Assembly: GCA_963745075.1 (NCBI GenBank) | Contig: CAVUWV010000018.1 | Span: forward strand, 128,001-192,000 | DNA: 64,000 nt | Direction of reading: 5' to 3' | DNA from: Candidatus Hydrogenedentota bacterium | GTDB lineage: Bacteria; Hydrogenedentota; Hydrogenedentia; Hydrogenedentales; SLHB01 | Shown here: in pieces, positions 41,748 to 53,287 of the stretch | How the letters are laid out: each line of letters opens with the position of its first letter | How positions within the stretch are numbered: the stretch's first letter is position 1 | Position numbers and translations under genes: made by a program | Notes under the pieces: model-generated | What the model was told of the DNA's origin: nothing | Databases searched by the model: none | What the model saw: the letters and a program-made list of their open reading frames with translations, nothing else

Positions 41748-42033
41748 GATTGTAATGCTGATACCCCGAAGATTCTTCCGGCCCGTCCCGCCCTGGAACT
41801 TTCGGACGAGTATAGTCGGCGAATAACCTGTGGCGCAAAAGCACGCGACGGTCGAGCCTCGCGATAAATCCCCTGCAGCGTCACGGCGCTCCGGAATGGC
41901 ATACTTTTTGAAAAAATCGGCGGCTTCTGCGACAATTAGCCTTCAATTCCCAGGGGTTGCTTCGCCGGCATCTGCGGTGTGCATCGAACCCTTATTTCCT
42001 GAGATACTGCATAAACACACATGGAGAAGTTCC

Positions 42034-44673
42034 GTGAGAAGTGATGATATCCGTGCCAGTTTTCTGGAGTTTTTCCGGGAACGCGGGCACACGGTGGAAC
42101 GCAGCGACAAGCTGGTGCCAGGCAACGACCCGACCCTGCTGTTCACGAGCGCGGGGATGGTGCAATTCAAGCCGTACTACACGGGCGAGGTGCCTGTGCC
42201 CTATCGCCGGGCAGCGACGTCGCAGAAGTGCCTGCGCGCCGGCGGCAAGGCGAACGATCTCGACGAAGTCGGCAAGACGGCTCGTCACTTGACGTTCTTC
42301 GAGATGCTGGGCAACTTCTCTTTTGGCGACTATTTCAAGCAGGAAGCCATCGCCTGGGGATGGGAATACTCGACGGAGTTGCTCAAAATTCCTGCCGACC
42401 GAATCTGGATTTCGGTGTTCGAAGATGACGACGAAGCCGCCGAGATCTGGGAGAAAGAGGCCGGGGTTCCGGCGTCGCGAATCGTCCGGCTCGGCGCGAA
42501 AGAGAACTTCTGGGGACCGGCCGGCGATACAGGCGCCTGCGGACCTTGTTCGGAATTGCACTACGACCGTGGCGAGGCCTGGGGTTGTGGCCGCGCAGAC
42601 TGCGCGCCGGGCTGCGATCACTGTGAACGCTACCTGGAATACTGGAATCTGGTGTTCCCCCAATTCGACCAGCAGCCGGACGGGTCGCGTCCGCCGCTGA
42701 AGAATCGCGGAATCGACACGGGAATGGGCCTCGAACGCCTCGCCGCGCTGTTGCAGGACGAGGAAACCGTTTTCGACACAGACGGCATTTTCCCCATCAT
42801 CGAATCGACGCAGGCCTTGACGAAGGCCAAGTACAAGGACAATCCGGCTCCGTTTCGCGTAATCGCCGACCATGCGCGGGCGCTATCGTTTCTGATTGCG
42901 GACGGCGTGTTGCCCGGTAATGAAGGCCGCGGATACGTCGAGCGCCGTCTGTTGCGCCGTGCCGCGCGTTTCGGCCGCGAATTGGGACTGGAAAATCCGT
43001 TCCTGCATCAGGTCGCCCAGACGGTCATCGAGAAGATGGGCCACCACTATCCGGAACTCGTCGAGAGCCGCATTCAGATCGAGAAGATCATCCTCACTGA
43101 GGAGCAGCGCTTCCAAAGTACGCTGGCACGCGGTATGGATCTGCTTGAGGATGCCTTCGGCAAGCTCGACACGCGTGGTTCGAAGATCGTCCCGGGCGAG
43201 GAGCTGTTTCGCCTGCACGACACCTACGGGTTCCCGCTAGACCTGGCGACTGATATCGCGACGGATCGAGGTTACGAAGTGGACCGCGAAGGTTTCGAAA
43301 CGGCGATGGCACATCAACGGCAACAGGCGCGCAGCGCCTGGGCCGGCAGCGGCGAGCAGGCCCTTGCGCCGGTTTACCGGGTCATTCACGAGAAAGCGGG
43401 TGACACGGAGTTCGTCGGATACGAGGCATTTCAGTCGAGATCCAGGATCCTCGCTATTGTCCAGGATGGAAAAGAAGTCGATGCGTTGTCTGTGGACAAA
43501 GAAGGCGAAATTATCCTGGACAGGACGCCTTTCTACGCCGAATCGGGCGGCCAGATCGGCGACGTGGGGACGCTGGACAGCGCGGAGGGCAGCGCCCACA
43601 TCTCCACCGCGAAAGCATTGGTCGGCAAGATGACGGTGCACTACGCCCGCGCCACGATGGGCGGTCTCAAAGTCGGCGACACGGTCGAGGCGCAAGTCGA
43701 TCTGGATGCGCGTACCGCCACGCAAGCGCACCACACGGCAACGCACCTCTTGCAGGCAGCACTGCAAAACATTCTGGGGGACCACGTGCAGCAGGCCGGA
43801 TCTTTGGTTACCCCCGAGCGGCTACGGTTCGACTTCACCCATTTTGAAGGCATCGACAGCGAACGGCTGCTGGATATCGAGCGCATGGTGAACCAATTCA
43901 TTCGGACGGATACGCCGCTTTCGATTACGCACATGCCGTTGGCGGAGGCCCGGGCGGCCGGCGCCATGGCCTTGTTCGGCGAGAAGTACGCGGACGTGGT
44001 TCGCGTTGTAAAGGTTGGCGACATCAGCATGGAATTGTGCGGCGGCACGCATGTCCCGAGCACGGGCGTCATCGGGTGTTTCACGGTGGTCAGCGAATCC
44101 TCCATTTCGGCGGGCGTGCGGCGCATCGAGGCCGTGTGCGCGGAACCCTGCATCGAGGTCTGGCAGGCACGCGAGCGCGCCTTGGCCCACACCGCGCAAC
44201 TACTGAATGCCGGCGCGGATCAATTGGAAGCGCGCGTCAAAGCGCTCATGGAAGAAAACCGAAAGCTCCAGCGCGAGGTGGCGAAATGGAAACAGGCCGC
44301 CGCAACGGGCGGCTCGGTGGACTATACGTCCCAGATCCAGGACGTCGACGGGCTCAAAGTGCTTGCCACGGAAGTCGATGGGCAGGACGCGGAAGGTCTT
44401 CGGCTGGTCATGGACAAGCTGCGGGAGCGGGTGCCCTCGGGCGTGGTCGTTCTCGGAAGCGCCGCCGAGGGCAAGGCTTCCTTGTGTGTGGCGGTGTCGA
44501 AAGATTTGACGGGTAAGATTAAGGCCGGCGACATCGTCAAACGCCTCGCGCCGATGGTGGGTGGCGGCGGTGGCGGCCGGCCCGACATGGCCCAGGCCGG
44601 CGGGAAGCAGCCGGATAACGTGCCGGAAGCCATTCGCATGACTCCCAGCGTCATCAAAGAACTGATCGGGTAA
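42034..44673 (+). CDS. alaS: Alanine--tRNA ligase
   Basis: DPTLLFTSAGMVQFK, TFFEMLGNFSFGDYFK, IDTGMGLER, HTATHLL, ELCGGTH and GGGGGRPDMAQAGG; GTG start at 42034. Confidence 0.98.
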   Translation: MRSDDIRASFLEFFRERGHTVERSDKLVPGNDPTLLFTSAGMVQFKPYYTGEVPVPYRRAATSQKCLRAGGKANDLDEVGKTARHLTFFEMLGNFSFGDYFKQEAIAWGWEYSTELLKIPADRIWISVFEDDDEAAEIWEKEAGVPASRIVRLGAKENFWGPAGDTGACGPCSELHYDRGEAWGCGRADCAPGCDHCERYLEYWNLVFPQFDQQPDGSRPPLKNRGIDTGMGLERLAALLQDEETVFDTDGIFPIIESTQALTKAKYKDNPAPFRVIADHARALSFLIADGVLPGNEGRGYVERRLLRRAARFGRELGLENPFLHQVAQTVIEKMGHHYPELVESRIQIEKIILTEEQRFQSTLARGMDLLEDAFGKLDTRGSKIVPGEELFRLHDTYGFPLDLATDIATDRGYEVDREGFETAMAHQRQQARSAWAGSGEQALAPVYRVIHEKAGDTEFVGYEAFQSRSRILAIVQDGKEVDALSVDKEGEIILDRTPFYAESGGQIGDVGTLDSAEGSAHISTAKALVGKMTVHYARATMGGLKVGDTVEAQVDLDARTATQAHHTATHLLQAALQNILGDHVQQAGSLVTPERLRFDFTHFEGIDSERLLDIERMVNQFIRTDTPLSITHMPLAEARAAGAMALFGEKYADVVRVVKVGDISMELCGGTHVPSTGVIGCFTVVSESSISAGVRRIEAVCAEPCIEVWQARERALAHTAQLLNAGADQLEARVKALMEENRKLQREVAKWKQAAATGGSVDYTSQIQDVDGLKVLATEVDGQDAEGLRLVMDKLRERVPSGVVVLGSAAEGKASLCVAVSKDLTGKIKAGDIVKRLAPMVGGGGGGRPDMAQAGGKQPDNVPEAIRMTPSVIKELIG

Positions 44674-44677
44674 TCTC

Positions 44678-45121
44678 GTGGACGATGGACGCATCATGGG
44701 TCTGGACGTGGGAGACGTGCGAACGGGTGTGGCCTTGAGCGACCCGATGGGTATCATCGCGCAGGCCCATTCCGTGATCGACGCGAACCCTCCCGAAGGG
44801 GCGGTGGACGCCATATCCAAGATCGTGGACGAGCAGACCGTCATCGAAGTGGTCGTGGGGCTGCCCTTGAATCAGCGGGGGGAGCGCGGACCGCAGGCTG
44901 AAAAAGTCATGACGTTTGTCGAGCTTCTGCGCGGAAAGCTTTCGGTCGAGGTTCGCACGATTGACGAGCGATTCACCACGGCCGGTGCGGAACGTTTCCT
45001 GATCGCGGCTGGCGTCAAACGCAAGGGCCGCAAGAAGGTCATCGACAAAGTTGCGGCGCAGCAGATCCTGCAAACCTACCTGGACCGGCGGAGCCGGTTG
45101 CAGGCACCCTCGGACGGATGA
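44678..45121 (+). CDS. ruvX: Holliday junction resolvase-like protein RuvX/YqgF
   Basis: MGLDVGDVRTGVALSD, VVGLP, DERFTT and IDKVAAQQILQ; follows alaS. Confidence 0.95.
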   Translation: MDDGRIMGLDVGDVRTGVALSDPMGIIAQAHSVIDANPPEGAVDAISKIVDEQTVIEVVVGLPLNQRGERGPQAEKVMTFVELLRGKLSVEVRTIDERFTTAGAERFLIAAGVKRKGRKKVIDKVAAQQILQTYLDRRSRLQAPSDG

Positions 45122-46260
45122 GCGAAGCAACACTGCAAGAATCCCCCAAACGCGGGCGCCGTTCGTGCCTCGGGTTGTTCGTGCGAACGGTAATCTACAG
45201 CGCCGCTTTGGTGGTGCTGCTGGCCGCAGTCGGCGCCTTGGGCGCCTATATGGTATACGACCACGTCACTCGCCCGGGGGTCGGCGGAGCTGCGGTGAAG
45301 CTGGAAGTGCCGGAGGGCGAAACCGGCGCGCAGGTTGGCGAGCTGTTGGCCCGGGAAGGATTGGTGTATCACCCCTGGTTCTTTCGTCTGGCGATCCGGT
45401 TGGACAAATCGGGCAAATCGATCAAGCACGGAACCTACGAACTTCAGCACGGCCTCTCCCCCACCCAATTACTGCACCGGCTCCAGGAAGGGCCGGACAT
45501 CAACGTGTCGGAGTACAGGCTCACCATCCCCGAAGGGCTGACCCTTCAGCAGATGGCGGAATTATTTGACGACCCCCAGGCGTTTCTTGCGGCGGCGCGG
45601 GACCCGGCCCGCATCGCAACCTTGGGAATCTCGGCCCCGACCCTCGAGGGGTTTCTCATGCCGAATACGTATTTCTTCGCCGAGAAACCCGCCGAAGCTG
45701 ACGTGGTCGACCGCATGTTGCACCACTTCCAAGAGGAATACGCCCGTTTGGTCGCAGAGATTCCCGGCGCCACGACGCGGGATTTGATGGAAGTGGTCAC
45801 GGTGGCGTCGCTGGTGGAGGAGGAGTCGCGCGTCGAAGAAGAACGGCCGCTGGTGGCCGCGGTCGTGTTCAATCGCATCAAAGCGGGCATGCCGCTCGAC
45901 ATGGACTCCACGCTCCAGTACGCGCTCACCAAATACGGCCAGCGGCTGCTGGATCGTGACAAAGAGGTCGATTCTCCTTACAATACCTACCGCAACGCCG
46001 GATTGCCGCCGGGTCCGATTTCCAATCCGGGAGTCGCATCGTTGCGCGCGGCGCTGCAACCGGCGGATGTGAACTACTTGTATTTTGTGTCCAATGCAGA
46101 CGGCAAGACGCATACCTTCAGCGCGACGCTGACCGAACACAACCGGGCGGTCGCGCGATTTCGCCGCGAGATTGCGGCACAGCGCCTCGAACAGAAGAAA
46201 CAGGAAAACAATGCCGAGCAAACCGACAAGACGGAAGAAACACCCACTGTTGCCCCGTAA
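45118..46260 (+). CDS. mltG: Endolytic transglycosylase MltG
   Basis: TIPEG, LEGFLMPNTY, ASLVEEE, SPYNTY..GLPPGPISNPG and YLYFV. Confidence 0.95.
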   Translation: MSEATLQESPKRGRRSCLGLFVRTVIYSAALVVLLAAVGALGAYMVYDHVTRPGVGGAAVKLEVPEGETGAQVGELLAREGLVYHPWFFRLAIRLDKSGKSIKHGTYELQHGLSPTQLLHRLQEGPDINVSEYRLTIPEGLTLQQMAELFDDPQAFLAAARDPARIATLGISAPTLEGFLMPNTYFFAEKPAEADVVDRMLHHFQEEYARLVAEIPGATTRDLMEVVTVASLVEEESRVEEERPLVAAVVFNRIKAGMPLDMDSTLQYALTKYGQRLLDRDKEVDSPYNTYRNAGLPPGPISNPGVASLRAALQPADVNYLYFVSNADGKTHTFSATLTEHNRAVARFRREIAAQRLEQKKQENNAEQTDKTEETPTVAP

Positions 46261-47023
46261 CCGGGTGATGGTCGCAGTGACCAATCACGTCGACTACGAG
46301 CTGAAATGCGCGCGGGACTACGGTCTGGGCTGCGAAGTCCAGATGTTCGGGCTTCCCGAGTATCTGTCCGTCGATTCGACGCCGGTTCTGAAGCGCATGA
46401 TCAAGCGCGTCGCGGCGATTAAAGGGCCCATTGGGTGTCACGGCCCGTTTATCGACATGATTCACTACAGTTCCGACCCGGAGATTATGGAGGTGTGCCG
46501 GCTGCGGTATTTGCAGGCCTTCGACGTTGCGGAGGCGTTGGGCGCCCGGTACCTGTTGTTTCACAGTCAATACAACCCCATCATTCGGGTGCCGGTGTAT
46601 CCGGAGGTCTACCATGAGTATAGTCTCCGGTTCTGGCCCGAGATTGTCGAAGAGGCCGAAGAGCGCAAGATTCCCGTCTACGTTGAAAACATGTTCGATG
46701 ACACGCCGGACCCGATCTGCCGGGTTGCGGAGAGTCTGAATTCGCCCTGGTTCAAGCTGTGCCTCGATGTGGCGCACGCAGACATTCATTCGGATTTGGA
46801 TATCGGCGCGTGGATCGACGCGTACGGCGATTTCCTGTGCCACGTGCATCTCAACGATTGTCATGGCGTGCTGGACGATCATCTGGGTCTGGGACAGGGC
46901 GTCCTCGATATTCCGCGCGTGATTGCCAAGCTCAAGGCGACGGGGTTGCCGCTGACCTATGCTCTGGAGACCGGCAAACACACGGTGGCAAGTCTACGGT
47001 ACCTGCAGATTGCCAAGCGATAA
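46211..47023 (+). CDS. Sugar phosphate isomerase/epimerase (xylose isomerase-like TIM barrel); start uncertain
   Basis: HGPFID, VENMF, CLDVAH, HVHLND, DDHLGLGQG and ALE metal-binding motifs. Confidence 0.85.
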   Translation: MPSKPTRRKKHPLLPRNRVMVAVTNHVDYELKCARDYGLGCEVQMFGLPEYLSVDSTPVLKRMIKRVAAIKGPIGCHGPFIDMIHYSSDPEIMEVCRLRYLQAFDVAEALGARYLLFHSQYNPIIRVPVYPEVYHEYSLRFWPEIVEEAEERKIPVYVENMFDDTPDPICRVAESLNSPWFKLCLDVAHADIHSDLDIGAWIDAYGDFLCHVHLNDCHGVLDDHLGLGQGVLDIPRVIAKLKATGLPLTYALETGKHTVASLRYLQIAKR

Positions 47024-47035
47024 CTGACATCGTTC

Positions 47036-47491
47036 GTGACGCAAGGACCCACCGCCATGGAATCGGCCGAAGACCTTCGTCAATTGCTCATCGGGCTGAT
47101 GGTCGGCTTGACGACTATCGGTATCGTCAATTCCCTATGGTTTGGATGGCACTTGCGCGAATATGTGTATTCGACGCCTCGAATCGAAACCTATCGCGAC
47201 CTGGATCGATTCAAAGGAATCGTGTCGACTCAAATGTACGTAACGCTGGCCCAGCTCGCGTTTCTGATCCTGCCGTACGCGGTATTGGCGCTTGGGTTCT
47301 TCTGGTTCAAGGTTCTCGATAAGTCCGACGTCGTCTACCTGCTGGTCCCGTCCGTGATATTCGTCGCAGTGGGACTTTACTTCAAGCGTATTGAAGACAA
47401 GGCAACCGAACTACCGGTGGCGGGCGAATTCCGGGATGAATTTCGGCAAGTGGTCAAATCGTGGACGGAGGATCGATTGCCAAACTGGTAG
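47036..47491 (+). CDS. Hypothetical membrane protein (about 3 TM)
   Basis: 151 aa hydrophobic ORF, co-directional with the operon. Confidence 0.65.
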   Translation: MTQGPTAMESAEDLRQLLIGLMVGLTTIGIVNSLWFGWHLREYVYSTPRIETYRDLDRFKGIVSTQMYVTLAQLAFLILPYAVLALGFFWFKVLDKSDVVYLLVPSVIFVAVGLYFKRIEDKATELPVAGEFRDEFRQVVKSWTEDRLPNW

Positions 47492-49846
47492 CTACCCCTG
47501 GGGATCGGTCTCATCGGGTTCGTCTCGTGCATCGGCCGCAGTCGCATTCAGGGTACGGCGGACCTGCGTGCAGAGTGTCAGCGGTGTAAACGGTTTCTGG
47601 ACGAACACGGCTTTCCTGCCGACCGGTCCCTGGAACAGCGCGGCGGTTCCCGTGTAACCCGACATGAATATCACGCGAATATCGGGCCGCTGGCGTCGAA
47701 TCGCGTCGGCGATCTCGGGGCCGGAGAGTCCGGGTACCACGACGTTTGTTAGCAGCAGGTGAACCGGGTCGGGATAACACTCGGAAACGCGCAGCGCACC
47801 GTCTCCCGTCCGCGATTCGAGAACGGTATACCCCTGTTCCTTCAGGATGCGTTTTGTCAATAGCCGCACGCCATCGTCATCTTCCACTACCAGAATCGTT
47901 TCATCGCCGGAGATTGGGACCTTTTGCGGCGCGGTCTCCGTGCTGCGTTCGGCCGCGTCATCAATGCGGGGAAGATAGATCTTGAAGGTCGTTCCCTTTT
48001 CCGGTTCACTGTAGACGGTCACATTTCCGCCGCTCTGTTTGATGATGCCGTACACTGTCGAAAGGCCCAGACCGGTGCCCTTGCCCTCGGGTTTCGTGGT
48101 GAAAAACGGCTCAAAGATCCGCGCGCTGATTTTTTCGTCCATACCACACCCGTTGTCGCTCATCGCGACGGACACGTAAGGCCCGGGGCGCACGTTCAGA
48201 TTTTCCCGGGCATAGGCGGCGCCCAGATCGACATTGGCCGTTTCGATGGTGAGTTTCCCGCCACCGGGCATCGCATCGCGCGCGTTGACGGCGAGATTCA
48301 CGATCACCTGTTCGATTTGACCGGGGTCTGCTTTTACCTTGCCTACGTCGGGCGCGAGTTTGGTGACCAGATCGATGTCTTCACCGATCAATCGTCGCAT
48401 CAACTTCTCGAGTTCTAGAACCGTATGATTGACGTCGAGCACGACGGGTTGCAGGATTTGGCGGCGGCTGAAGGCCAGTAGTTGACGCGTTAAGGCCGCG
48501 GCGCGCTCGCCCGCTTTGTGGATCATCTGCAGATCGTCGGCAACGGGATGTTCCTCGCCCAGGGTCGACGCGGCGAAGTCGGAGTACCCGAGGATGGCGG
48601 AAAGGAGATTGTTAAAATCATGGGCGATGCCGCCGGCCAACTGCCCAATCGCTTCCATTTTCTGAGCCTGAAGGAACTGGCCTTCGAGTTCACGCAGGGC
48701 GGTTTCGTCGATCAGGTACCCCCGAATCTCCGTCAACCGCTGGTTCTCATCGTAGGTGCCGATCACATTGCCCACGACGCTCAATTCACGCCCCTGCAAG
48801 GTCCGCATGCTGAGCCGGTGATGTTCGAGCCGTTTCTTCTTTCCAAGGGCTTCGAGCAAATCGTTCCAGTCGTCGGGAAGCATCAAGTACTCGGACAGAC
48901 CTCGACCCCTGGCCCGTTCGACCGTTTCCGTTTCAAACATGTTCACGAACGAAGAATTGCAGTCGATCACTTTTCCTTCGGGGCAACACAGGAAATCTGC
49001 GGCGAAGTCTTCCTCAAAGAATCGGCGATAGCGCTCCTCGGCGGCGCGAATCTGTGTAATCTCATGATGGGACACGATGGCCCCACCATCGGGCGAATCC
49101 AGGGCCGAAACCGTCATGACGAACCATTGCCGCTCGCCACTGGCATTCCGGGACTCATATTCGATTTCGAAGGTGGTCTGGCGCTTTTCGAGCACGGCCC
49201 GGAGTTTCGACCCCGCGTCCGAAGGATAGGCAGCCCGGCCGATCGATACTGCTTTTTCCAATGCGGCAACGTAGTCCTCTCCGATGCCGGTTTCGGTGAG
49301 GCCGGCATTCCGTTGCGCGGCGGCGAACTCGCGCCACGCGTCGTTTACGGTTAGAATCCGGCCGTCCCAGGCGAGCACCGCGATGCGGTCGGGAAGCGAT
49401 CGCAAGACGCTTTGAAGGAGCGCATCCCTTTCGCGGACGGCCGCTTCACTTTCCCGCTGCGCGACCACGCGATCGCGCAACTCGAGTGCGCTGCGGAGCG
49501 AGGGCCCGAGCCGGACAAGCTGTTCTTTCAATACATAGTCGGCCACGCCCAGCTTCATGCAGCGAACGGCTGTTTCTTCGTCAATGGACGCGGTGACGAT
49601 GATAAATGGAACGCCCGGCGACGTTTCCCGAGCCAGTTCAAACGCTTCCAGCCCCGAGATATCCGGCAGGTTGTAGTCGGACAAGATTACGTCTGGAGCC
49701 TCGCGAGACAGAGCATCCTCATAGGCCTTCCGAGCGGCGACGTGTGTGATGGACACGTCCAGTCCGTCACGACGAAGCGAACGTTCAATGAGTTCTGCGT
49801 CCGTAGCGACGTCTTCCAACAACACCAATCGAATCGGCTTGTTCAT
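47492..49846 (-). CDS. Hybrid sensor histidine kinase REC-PAS-PAS-HisKA-HATPase-REC (CckA-like)
   Basis: [42 protein letters not shown] and [16 protein letters not shown]-terminal REC reads LLLTNVV. Confidence 0.95.
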   Translation of the reverse strand: MNKPIRLVLLEDVATDAELIERSLRRDGLDVSITHVAARKAYEDALSREAPDVILSDYNLPDISGLEAFELARETSPGVPFIIVTASIDEETAVRCMKLGVADYVLKEQLVRLGPSLRSALELRDRVVAQRESEAAVRERDALLQSVLRSLPDRIAVLAWDGRILTVNDAWREFAAAQRNAGLTETGIGEDYVAALEKAVSIGRAAYPSDAGSKLRAVLEKRQTTFEIEYESRNASGERQWFVMTVSALDSPDGGAIVSHHEITQIRAAEERYRRFFEEDFAADFLCCPEGKVIDCNSSFVNMFETETVERARGRGLSEYLMLPDDWNDLLEALGKKKRLEHHRLSMRTLQGRELSVVGNVIGTYDENQRLTEIRGYLIDETALRELEGQFLQAQKMEAIGQLAGGIAHDFNNLLSAILGYSDFAASTLGEEHPVADDLQMIHKAGERAAALTRQLLAFSRRQILQPVVLDVNHTVLELEKLMRRLIGEDIDLVTKLAPDVGKVKADPGQIEQVIVNLAVNARDAMPGGGKLTIETANVDLGAAYARENLNVRPGPYVSVAMSDNGCGMDEKISARIFEPFFTTKPEGKGTGLGLSTVYGIIKQSGGNVTVYSEPEKGTTFKIYLPRIDDAAERSTETAPQKVPISGDETILVVEDDDGVRLLTKRILKEQGYTVLESRTGDGALRVSECYPDPVHLLLTNVVVPGLSGPEIADAIRRQRPDIRVIFMSGYTGTAALFQGPVGRKAVFVQKPFTPLTLCTQVRRTLNATAADARDEPDETDPQG

Positions 49847-49921
49847 CAATCGATACATGCCTCGCAAGCGATGCCCGGTTCCCACGCGCCATCGGCCACG
49901 TCACCCTCGATCCGAGAAGTC

Positions 49922-51322
49922 TCAGGAGGCCGACAGCGTCCCTCGACGCTCGCTCGGGGCGGCAAGCGTGAAGTAGAACGTGGCGCCCTGGCCCGGGACA
50001 CTCTCGGCCCACACGTGTCCGCCGTGGCGCTGGACCACATTCTGAACGAGTGCCAATCCCACACCGGATCCCTCAAACTCTTCTTTGCGATGAAGACGTT
50101 GAAATACCTTGAACAACTTGTCGGCGAATTGCATGTCGAAACCGCACCCGTTGTCCCGCACGTAATATGCCACGGCGCCGTTTTGGCGCTGACTTCCCAC
50201 TTGAACGCGCGGTTCGCAAGACTTCGAGCTGAACTTGATCGCGTTGGCGAGGAGATTGGACAAGACTTGGCGCACCGTGGATCGATCGCCATTCGCTTCC
50301 GGGAGGGGATGAATTTCGATGCTGGGCGTCGCCGTATCGAGCCCGATCGTAAGTTCCTCCCAAACTTCTTGGGTCAGCTTCGCCATGTCAACGGGCGCAA
50401 TATCGAGTGCTTGCCGGCCCGCACGGGAGAACGTGAGCAGGTCGTCGATCAGTTGCCCCATCTCTTTCGTGCTGGACCGGACCACGTCCAACAACCGATG
50501 CCCTTCGGGGTTCAAGCTATGGGCATGGTCCTCGATGAGCATCCGCGAATAGCCTTCGATAGCGCGCAGCGGAACCCGGAGATCGTGTGAAACGGAGTAG
50601 GAAAAGGCGTCCAATTGCTCGTTCGACGCGGTGAGGCGCTTGTTGGCGAATTCCAGTTCATCGTTGCTTTCCTGCAACGCCTCCTCGATTCTCCGGCGTA
50701 GTCGCAGATCGCGATGGATCGAGATCCCCGAAAGTACGGCGCACAAGATTGCGAACAACCAACCGGCGGTCACGACGCCCAGCGTACGGATGCCGCCCCG
50801 GGTAGCGGACGCGTTCAGGCCTGCGAGAAGTACGCGCTCGTGCTCTTCGAAGTCGCGGACGATTTGCACGCTGTCATGCATAACCTGTAAGCCGCGTCCT
50901 TGTGATGCCATGGCTTCCACATCATCCGTGCGGCCATCGCGCCGCGCCGCAATCAGTGCGTCGAGAAATGCGAGCTTTTGTTCCACCAATGGTTTGAGTT
51001 GGTGTAACCGCCCGGATTGTTCCGCATCGCCGGCGCTCAGGGTCTGGAGTTCGTTCAAGCGGGCTAGGACGGTGGAACGCCGGTCGTCATATTGGGTCAG
51101 AATGGATTCCGGTCCGCCGAGGGCATACCCACGAGTCTGGCTCTCGAGCCGGAGGAGTTGAATGTGCAGATCTTCGATGGCCCGCAGGACTTCGTACGAG
51201 TGGTTCAACCGCTGGGCGCTATCGAGCAGACTCCACCCGCTCAGGCACGCGGCGCCGCCCAAGGTAATCATGAACCCAAGACCGATGGCGAATCCCAAGT
51301 TAACCTTGCGCTCGGTGGTCAC
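49922..51322 (-). CDS. CHASE3-domain sensor histidine kinase
   Basis: TM-CHASE3 (LESQTRGY)-TM; FSYSVSHDLRVPLR, NLLANAIKF, DNGCGF and GSGVGL. Confidence 0.9.
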   Translation of the reverse strand: MTTERKVNLGFAIGLGFMITLGGAACLSGWSLLDSAQRLNHSYEVLRAIEDLHIQLLRLESQTRGYALGGPESILTQYDDRRSTVLARLNELQTLSAGDAEQSGRLHQLKPLVEQKLAFLDALIAARRDGRTDDVEAMASQGRGLQVMHDSVQIVRDFEEHERVLLAGLNASATRGGIRTLGVVTAGWLFAILCAVLSGISIHRDLRLRRRIEEALQESNDELEFANKRLTASNEQLDAFSYSVSHDLRVPLRAIEGYSRMLIEDHAHSLNPEGHRLLDVVRSSTKEMGQLIDDLLTFSRAGRQALDIAPVDMAKLTQEVWEELTIGLDTATPSIEIHPLPEANGDRSTVRQVLSNLLANAIKFSSKSCEPRVQVGSQRQNGAVAYYVRDNGCGFDMQFADKLFKVFQRLHRKEEFEGSGVGLALVQNVVQRHGGHVWAESVPGQGATFYFTLAAPSERRGTLSAS

Positions 51323-51810
51323 GATTTCACACTCCGGTCCCGTGGCGATACGTGAACCAGCCCACATCGACGATGGGACAGGGCGCGTCACCGAACACGC
51401 CATCCCACGCACGATGCAGCAACGCCCTTCTACCAGAAATATGGTACACTAGGTCCGAAAATGCGTCAAATATTTTCTCATGTATCGTCAGTGTGGCCTC
51501 CGTGCCAGGTATTCGCGCCAGTCGCCCGCCGTCGAGGGCAGTACGCCCGAATCCGAATTGCCATAGACCGATTTGCACAACCGATTTCACGTGCGGCCCG
51601 CCCCCGGCATGACTCTCGAGGAGTACCAGGAGACGCCATTTCAGCCGACACGATACCCTGTCGGTGGGACCTTAAAGCCGCATCAATCTTAATATTATCA
51701 CTACAACAAGTCAACCAATTCTGGTTTAACCGTAGTATAAGACACATAAATTCAATAAAAACACTTTTGTGATTGCACCTTCCCTGAAGCAGATACTCGG
51801 GGGATGGGGA

Positions 51811-53173
51811 TCAAGATTGGCCGGGGGAGTCGTGGGTAATCTGATCGTAGGGGCGGCCGAAGATGTGGGTCGTCCATTCGCGGCCGGATTCCCAATCGAC
51901 TTGGGCGCACTCCCAACCGGAATACAGCGAGATGGCCAAAAGCACACCGAGGAAGATCCATTGCCAAGCGACCCGCAGCCGATTCAGGAAGGGTGCGCCC
52001 ATCAGCAGCAGCATCGGCATGGCGCCGATCAACCAACGGAATCCGTAGGACTCGCCGCCGTAGTTGTTCGTGCGGGTTACGTAGTAGAAGACGATGGTTG
52101 CGGTAACGGCGCCGCCGGCCAGGGTCGACGCGCGCCAGGGCGCCGAGCGGTTGCGTGAGGCCCACAGGATAGCCGCCGGCCCGGCAAGCAGAATGGGGTA
52201 CAAGGAAAAGATGCCGGCTCGTCCTAACAGCATGTGGAAGAGGTAGGTGCCTTTCGGCTCGTTCAACGCGTCGATTCCCATGGGATGACGCCAGTAGGAG
52301 TCTTCGTAAAGGTACGTCTCCTTGCGCATTTGAACGGGCAAGGGGCTTCCGGTCGCGAGAACCATGATGATGAAATGAACGGCCAATGGCAGGAGCGCTC
52401 CCGTCCCCGTCCATAGGACCGTCTTCTTGGGGTATCGCACCAGCAACGCGATCCCGGCAGCGGCAACAAAGGCGGCCATGGGCAGGTCGATCGTTACGGC
52501 AAGGGCACCGGACAATCCGAATGCAGCAAAGCGCCAGGGGGCAGCAGCGAGACGGCCGCTCCCAATTCCGAGGGCGAAATACATGGCCACGACGAGGAGG
52601 CCCGCCGCCGGCACGTGGTTGCTCAGCTTGCCGCTGTATCCCCACAACTGGGTGCCGAATGCAAGCGCAAGCAGGAGAAACGCATGAACGCCGGGTCGAA
52701 TTTGCATCATCGAGAGCGTCTTCGAGAAGAAGATCAGCGCGAGGATATAGCTTCCGCCAACCAACGTTAGGGTCATGACGAACACGATTTGGGGCAGGTC
52801 GGAATCCCGATTCAGGTCCCAGCCCAGCAGCGCATGCATGACCTCGTATTCCCCAGTCATGATCAGGGGGAGTATGGGAGGTTTGCTCGAGATCGAGACG
52901 TCCGTCGCGCACGACGCCATCTGAAAAGATGCCCCGCACCATCACCTTGTCGATTGTCTGGGGTCCGAACGGATTCGGTGTGTCGCCGTCGGGATTGTCG
53001 ATGAACCAGGAGCCGTACTCAGTCAGACTGTAGACGGTAGCCAAGCGGCTGATTGCGTGGTCGCCTTTGACGCCTTCACGCGCTTCTTGAAGCGCGAGTA
53101 GCACGGCGACACCGATGACGGCGTATTCGAAGAGGGTCCAGCCCCAGGCCGTCCGTTCCGGTGCGGGTGTCAT
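51811..53173 (-). CDS. Multi-TM GT-C-like glycosyltransferase, frameshift at about 52894
   Basis: N-terminal part SRLATVYSLTEYG..ID..TIDKV joins ISSKPP...SNH...NYGGESYGFRW after removing one base in ctcgatctcg. Confidence 0.65.
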
Positions 53174-53287
53174 GGGGACTCACGACTCTGTCGTCGCGGC
53201 GGGATACGCGAGGCAGGCATCCACCTGCGTGGCCGCAGTATTACCCGTGGGACGGAAAGTCCCCGCGTCCCCATGTCGGATTGCACG

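Noticed and set aside
41750..42033. T-box leader or N-terminal extension of alaS (ORF track starts at 41830)
   Set aside because: No T-box consensus or terminator is seen. Homology begins at GTG 42034, which has a GGAG RBS.
51420..51800. AT-rich intergenic stretch as a possible ncRNA or mobile-element end
   Set aside because: No recognisable RNA motif, terminal repeat or transposase. It is most likely the promoter region of the kinase pair.
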